From Bigelowiella natans CCMP2755 (lineage: Eukaryota; Protista; Cercozoa): a stretch of 64,000 nt of DNA. Location of the stretch: contig ADNK01001512.1 in assembly GCA_000320545.1 (NCBI GenBank), positions 1 to 64,000 of the forward strand, written 5' to 3'. Below the pieces are notes generated by a model. It did no database searches and was not told where the DNA came from. It was given only the letters and a program-made list of their open reading frames with translations. The translations under genes and the position numbers were made by a program. Below are positions 54,071-64,000 of this stretch, one piece after another; the first letter of the stretch is position 1; each line of letters starts with the position of its first letter.

Positions 54071-55101
54071 CGCGCGCGCGTGTGTGCGTATGTCGTTGTG
54101 CCGTCCTACGAGGTGACTAGAATTTCATTGGCTCATCGTTCCTTTAATTCTATAGTAGCTATGATTTTTTTGCTGTATATGCTGCAGGGAAAGCTTGCTT
54201 ATTCGGTGTTAATGTTTCTTATTGTTCACAACAGCACAACAATGATGCATCGAACCGCCGTTGATTTTCCCGACAAAGCCAAAGAGATGATCGTCTGAGT
54301 CCAACACCAATGAACACAAGAAGAAGAAGAACAACACAAGAAAAGAAACAGAGGAGACTTATGTTGGTATTTTGATGAATAATGCTATGGAGAGGGGGGG
54401 GGTTAAAGAAAAGGAACTTACTTAGGGCGTCATTCCAGGCCATCACCTCCTCTCCAACTCGCAGCTAAGAAGGAAGGAAGGAAGAAAATACATCATTCGC
54501 AGTAGTACCCACCATAACTTAGAAGAAGAAGATGATGAAGAAGATGATGACATTAATCTCGCATCGTTGTCACATCGTTATCATGACTTTGACACGCATA
54601 CTCGCACACATCGAGTGAGGATGCGAAGAAGGAAGAAAAAGCGTGTTGGAAATGAAAGTGCAAGTAGTAGTAGTAGCAGTAACTGTAAACTCTGCTGCTC
54701 TCTCTCCCCTCCCCTGGTCTTCTACCCATTCAAATATATTCGATGCTTCTTTCCTTTCTTACGTATTCTATACTGTTTTACATAGTCATCTTGAAGTATG
54801 CGTCCTCTCTCCATCTTGGAGAACTTTTTCGTTCTTTCTTCCCTGTCTTTCTCCTCTTCTTCTGCTGTTCCTTTTTCATGCAATTCTTCCTTCAGGATCT
54901 TGAGAACTTCTGTCGGCTCCAACCTGCTCTCCAACAAATCAACAACAGCCCTCGTTAATTAAAAAAAATAAGATACTTGCCAATGATAGGCGTTTCTACA
55001 CGTAGCAGCAGCAGCAGCAGCAGCATAGCCTAAATCTGAGCTAGATTGTACGTCGTACGACGGGTGAGCGTGCCGCACAATTACAACTACAACTGCTACC
55101 C

Positions 55102-55138
<37 letters not shown>

Positions 55139-55198
55139 CTACTACTACTTGCTATTACCGATACAGATTTAAGGAGCAATTCGTGCATTGAACTCTAG

Positions 55199-55239
<41 letters not shown>

Positions 55240-55896
55240 CGGCAATAATATAAATAACGACATAGAATATGATGAAGAGGTATCTTGCTCGTCATCAAAG
55301 ATTATGTATTCTGATTACTTGTGATATGGACAACAACACCAAGAATTGGGCATCATCAAATGTGTGTGCATGGTGTGCAGAGAGAAAAGGGAAATGTGTG
55401 CGTCTGCGTTTAATACACTGAAGAACAGGATGATTTGTATAGCTTACCTGTAGTTTCTGTCACGGCCACAACTAGGGCATTCCCACCTAGAAGAAGAAGA
55501 AGAAGAAGAAGAAGGAAGAGGAGGAGGAAAAATCGTCTTATGTTAGACTAGTTCCATCAGTATCATGTTGTGCGAACACGTACATATTACATACACGACG
55601 CACACGCACATGCATATATTACAAGCATATATTTCTTTTGTATGGGAAACATGATCATCGAACATGCATCATGTGTGTTAGTTAGTTAGTTAGCAGGTAG
55701 TAAGAGGCTACTTACTTCGGAAGGTATAGCTCATCCACCGTAGTGTTGATGGGTATCTGCCCTCTTCGCCTATTAAAAGGCGGATTACGGTCCATTTTAT
55801 AGTGCTACTTCTTCTACTACTTCTACTACTACATCTACTACTACATTTGCTTTCTCAGCTTTCGCTCTTCCGAGTCGGTGTCCACCTATTTGTTGT

Positions 55897-55948
<52 letters not shown>

Positions 55949-56019
55949 AAACACACACACCACGTGCATATAGCAGTATTATTTGGATTATGATGGAATA
56001 GGTATGAATATGGTAAGTA

Positions 56020-56073
<54 letters not shown>

Positions 56074-56602
56074 TTTTAATTGTACACACACTAACGTAAT
56101 GCATGCTAAGTAGAGCGACAACCTCTGGATAAAACCCTGTGGCAGCTGGTCCCAATCCAACCTCATCATCACCTATGATTTGCATTTGCAGCAGCATTTA
56201 TTATGTTAGCGAAGGAGCACCACCCAGCAGTGTGTTTGTGCAGCCAACATGAAAGCAAAGAGAATATGAAGAAGAAACATAAGAACACAAGAAGAACACC
56301 AACGCTGAACCGGCAAAATGCACACCTCCTCGACTGCATGTGTTGGTAAATTACCATATTCGTCCAGATTCAACTCCTCTCCCTTCTCAAGCTCGTATCC
56401 TGGAGCAAATTTTGCCGTGCGACCTGTATCAACGGCTTTGTTCCCACCGACATTGTCCATCCATCTAGAAGTGGTAGGCGTAGTAGTATTAGTAGTAGTA
56501 GCAGCAGCAGCAGGTAGAGTGAGTGGTGGTCACACGAGCAAGATGAAGAAGGAGGAGGAGGAGGAAAGGTTTTAGGGTTTTGAAGCATCGTAATTGTGCT
56601 TT

Positions 56603-56647
<45 letters not shown>

Positions 56648-57791
56648 AATTGATATCAGTTATAGCGAAACAAATTTCACAGTGTCATTGTAAACGTAGA
56701 GTAAATCTTCTGTGTTGTCCATACGAGAGAGGGTCTTCCTCCAAGTCCTGCCAGGACGATATCAAAACAATGAGTGAGTATTGGAATGTAAATATATTGC
56801 TGTATGTGTTTTTTGGTGACGCTCTTTAGATATCCTTTTAGGCGTCATTGGGGTACATAAGCCTCTCCCTCTCTCCCTTCCCCCGCCCGCCCCCCCTTCT
56901 TTCACATTCGCTGATAAACAATTATTTAAGTAAAATCTTTCGGAATGCTGTTGAATGTCTACTGCCTACTGATAATTTGCAGCTACGGATAAAGCAAATG
57001 TATGATACCTCCGGCTGCAAATATTGCTCCTTTGGCTGCAGAATCGACTCCATGCCCTACGTGCAACATGTGTAAATGTCACAAACAAATCGCTGCTGTC
57101 GCGAGCTTGCTTGTCCCAAGTATGAACTAATAACAATTTGCTGCTAGTAAGATCATCACCATCATCGTCACCATGATCACCACCTCAACATATTGAAAGG
57201 GCCTCGTCAACGAGCGCTTCTGTGCACGACCGCCTCTGAGCCCTAATAATAATAATAATAATAACACAGCATCATGTATGTATAAAATTGGGACGGGGGA
57301 GTACTGGTTCTTCATTGGGCAGTAGTGTCGATTGTCATTTACCCCCAGAAATATATGTTAACCATCATTAACATACGAGCAACTCCAACTGCTCGTCCAT
57401 CATCATCATCCATCAATCTCACTATTCATTCATCACCCGAGATCATCTTCGTGAACTTGGAGGAGGGGGAAGGGGGGGAAGAGGAGAGTAAAAGCTGTTC
57501 CTTGCCCGTCGAGGAGTGCCCGAACGAAGGGAAAGAGTTGCACCCTGAGGCGGAGTTTCCAATGCCACCACCACCACCACCTCGAGAAGCGACAATGATC
57601 CCTAAGCAGGTCACAATGGCCGCTGCACAACGCAGTTAGCCCAGGGGAGGAGGAGGAGGAGAAGGAAGAGGAGGGAGAGGGAGGAGTGTGAAGCCATGAA
57701 TAAAATAAATTACACAAAAACACACACATAAACACAAAACGCTCTGTGCTATGCTACCGGTTCTGGTCCCGAGGCGGCGCGGCGGCGCCAT
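40190..57791 (-). CDS. EIF5B: Eukaryotic translation initiation factor 5B with signal-like leader and long multi-domain N-terminal extension
   Basis: G domain [21 protein letters not shown] (48002-48025), [81 protein letters not shown]; C-terminus ..[13 protein letters not shown] (stop 40190-40192). The upstream exons to ATG 57791 can all be joined in phase. The core is high confidence; the fusion with the 5' part is moderate. Confidence 0.82.
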
Positions 57792-58037
57792 TCTCCACCG
57801 ACGCTCTCCTTTCTGGTCTGGCCTGGATCTGCCACTACTACATGTATCGATGTGTTTTTCGACCCTGAAACTTCATAAATATTTTTTCCATTCGACATAT
57901 GAACACTGATGTAGAAATAAGTGAACACAAGGAGCATTTAATTTGACATACTGGTATACGAGAAACTACTAATAAAAATTGTTTCCGGGATCCAAAACAC
58001 AAATTATCGGAATCCAAGAGGACCGACATCCGTCACA
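57792..58037. promoter_or_regulatory. Probable bidirectional promoter (246 bp) between eIF5B and VTE1
   Basis: Divergent ATGs at 57791 and 58038. This call is positional inference only. Confidence 0.45.
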
Positions 58038-63246
<5,209 letters not shown>

Positions 63247-63477
63247 CAATCGACGTCCAACGTTATTATCTGAAATTAGTATTTGGATTGCTCTGTCATA
63301 GGAGGCTAGGCCAGTGAGCAGCGTGATGTATAGAAATGAGACTCGTGGTCATTAGCTACTATTTTATCTTGAATGAATCGCTTGATGCATACTGTGGTGC
63401 GTTTCTCGTTCATCGCTACTGAAGTCTCCGTCGTGCATGATGTCGCTAGCAAGCAAACCCAAGCTTCACAAATGATT

Positions 63478-63539
63478 TGTGAGACGGGTGTGATGAAATT
63501 ATTCAATCTTTTCAATGGTCGTCATCCTAATGTAGCTAT
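63478..63539 (-). repeat. Short dispersed repeat family B, copy 3 (partial, inverted)
   Basis: The reverse complement reads ATAGCTACATTAGGATGACGACCATTGAAAAGATT..CCGTCTCACA. Confidence 0.65.
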
Positions 63540-64000
63540 CATCACTTGTGAGAGTGCCACAGTCATTATTGTTATGATTCTTTTCATGCCACGTTGGATC
63601 ATTTTCATGTGGGCGCATTCTCATGGGAACGCGGACGATGTGCACGCAATATTGCATTGCTTGACGCACAATGTTGCGTGCACATGGGCACAATTACATG
63701 CAAGAGAAAAACGTTTTGCACTCAGGCAGTCAGGCAAAAATTTCCCGTTCAGTTGCGCGAAGACGTGGTGCAATGGGAGCGATTTGGCATGCGCGACTCA
63801 TCAGGTGATTTCAGTCATTGGAGATGGGTCGGCAGTCGTCGAACCGCTGCAGGCGCAGCGAAGCCCCCTTAGCCCCCCAGCCTGCGCATTCCAGCATTGT
63901 TCATGCAACAAGTTGTTTATTCAGCACAGCGAATCATTTTGAGTGCATCCAACGTGCGCATTGCAAATCATTGAACAATCCAACGTGCCATGGGCTGGGC

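Overview
This is an intron-rich eukaryotic nuclear sequence with GT-AG introns full of microsatellites. Bipartite signal/transit leaders, an LRGG motif and a plastid tocopherol cyclase suggest a secondary-plastid alga, most likely a chlorarachniophyte (inference). I reconstructed these genes by hand-splicing: the 3' part of an alpha-helical hypothetical protein (+), sphingosine kinase (+), an NmrA-type oxidoreductase (-), an atypical ubiquitin E2 (-), a signal-peptide aldo-keto reductase (+), a two-pore channel (+), a C2H2 zinc-finger protein (-), an RVxF-motif protein (+), a 17.6-kb eIF5B with a signal-like leader plus zinc-ribbon, Tudor-like and PDZ-like modules (-), and VTE1 (+). A complete non-autonomous gag-protease LTR retroelement lies at 13580-16583, with 422-bp LTRs and the TSD AGACC. 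The most striking signal is a 'reverse-RIP'-like hypermutation: in repeat and intergenic DNA, TpA appears converted to TpG or CpA. Over 12709-17427 only 14 TpA remain, all inside CTAG. Paralogous repeat copies show TA/TG/CA at the same site, and the 753-codon Gag ORF has no Tyr. All counts and gene models are manual, and exon boundaries need RNA-seq confirmation.
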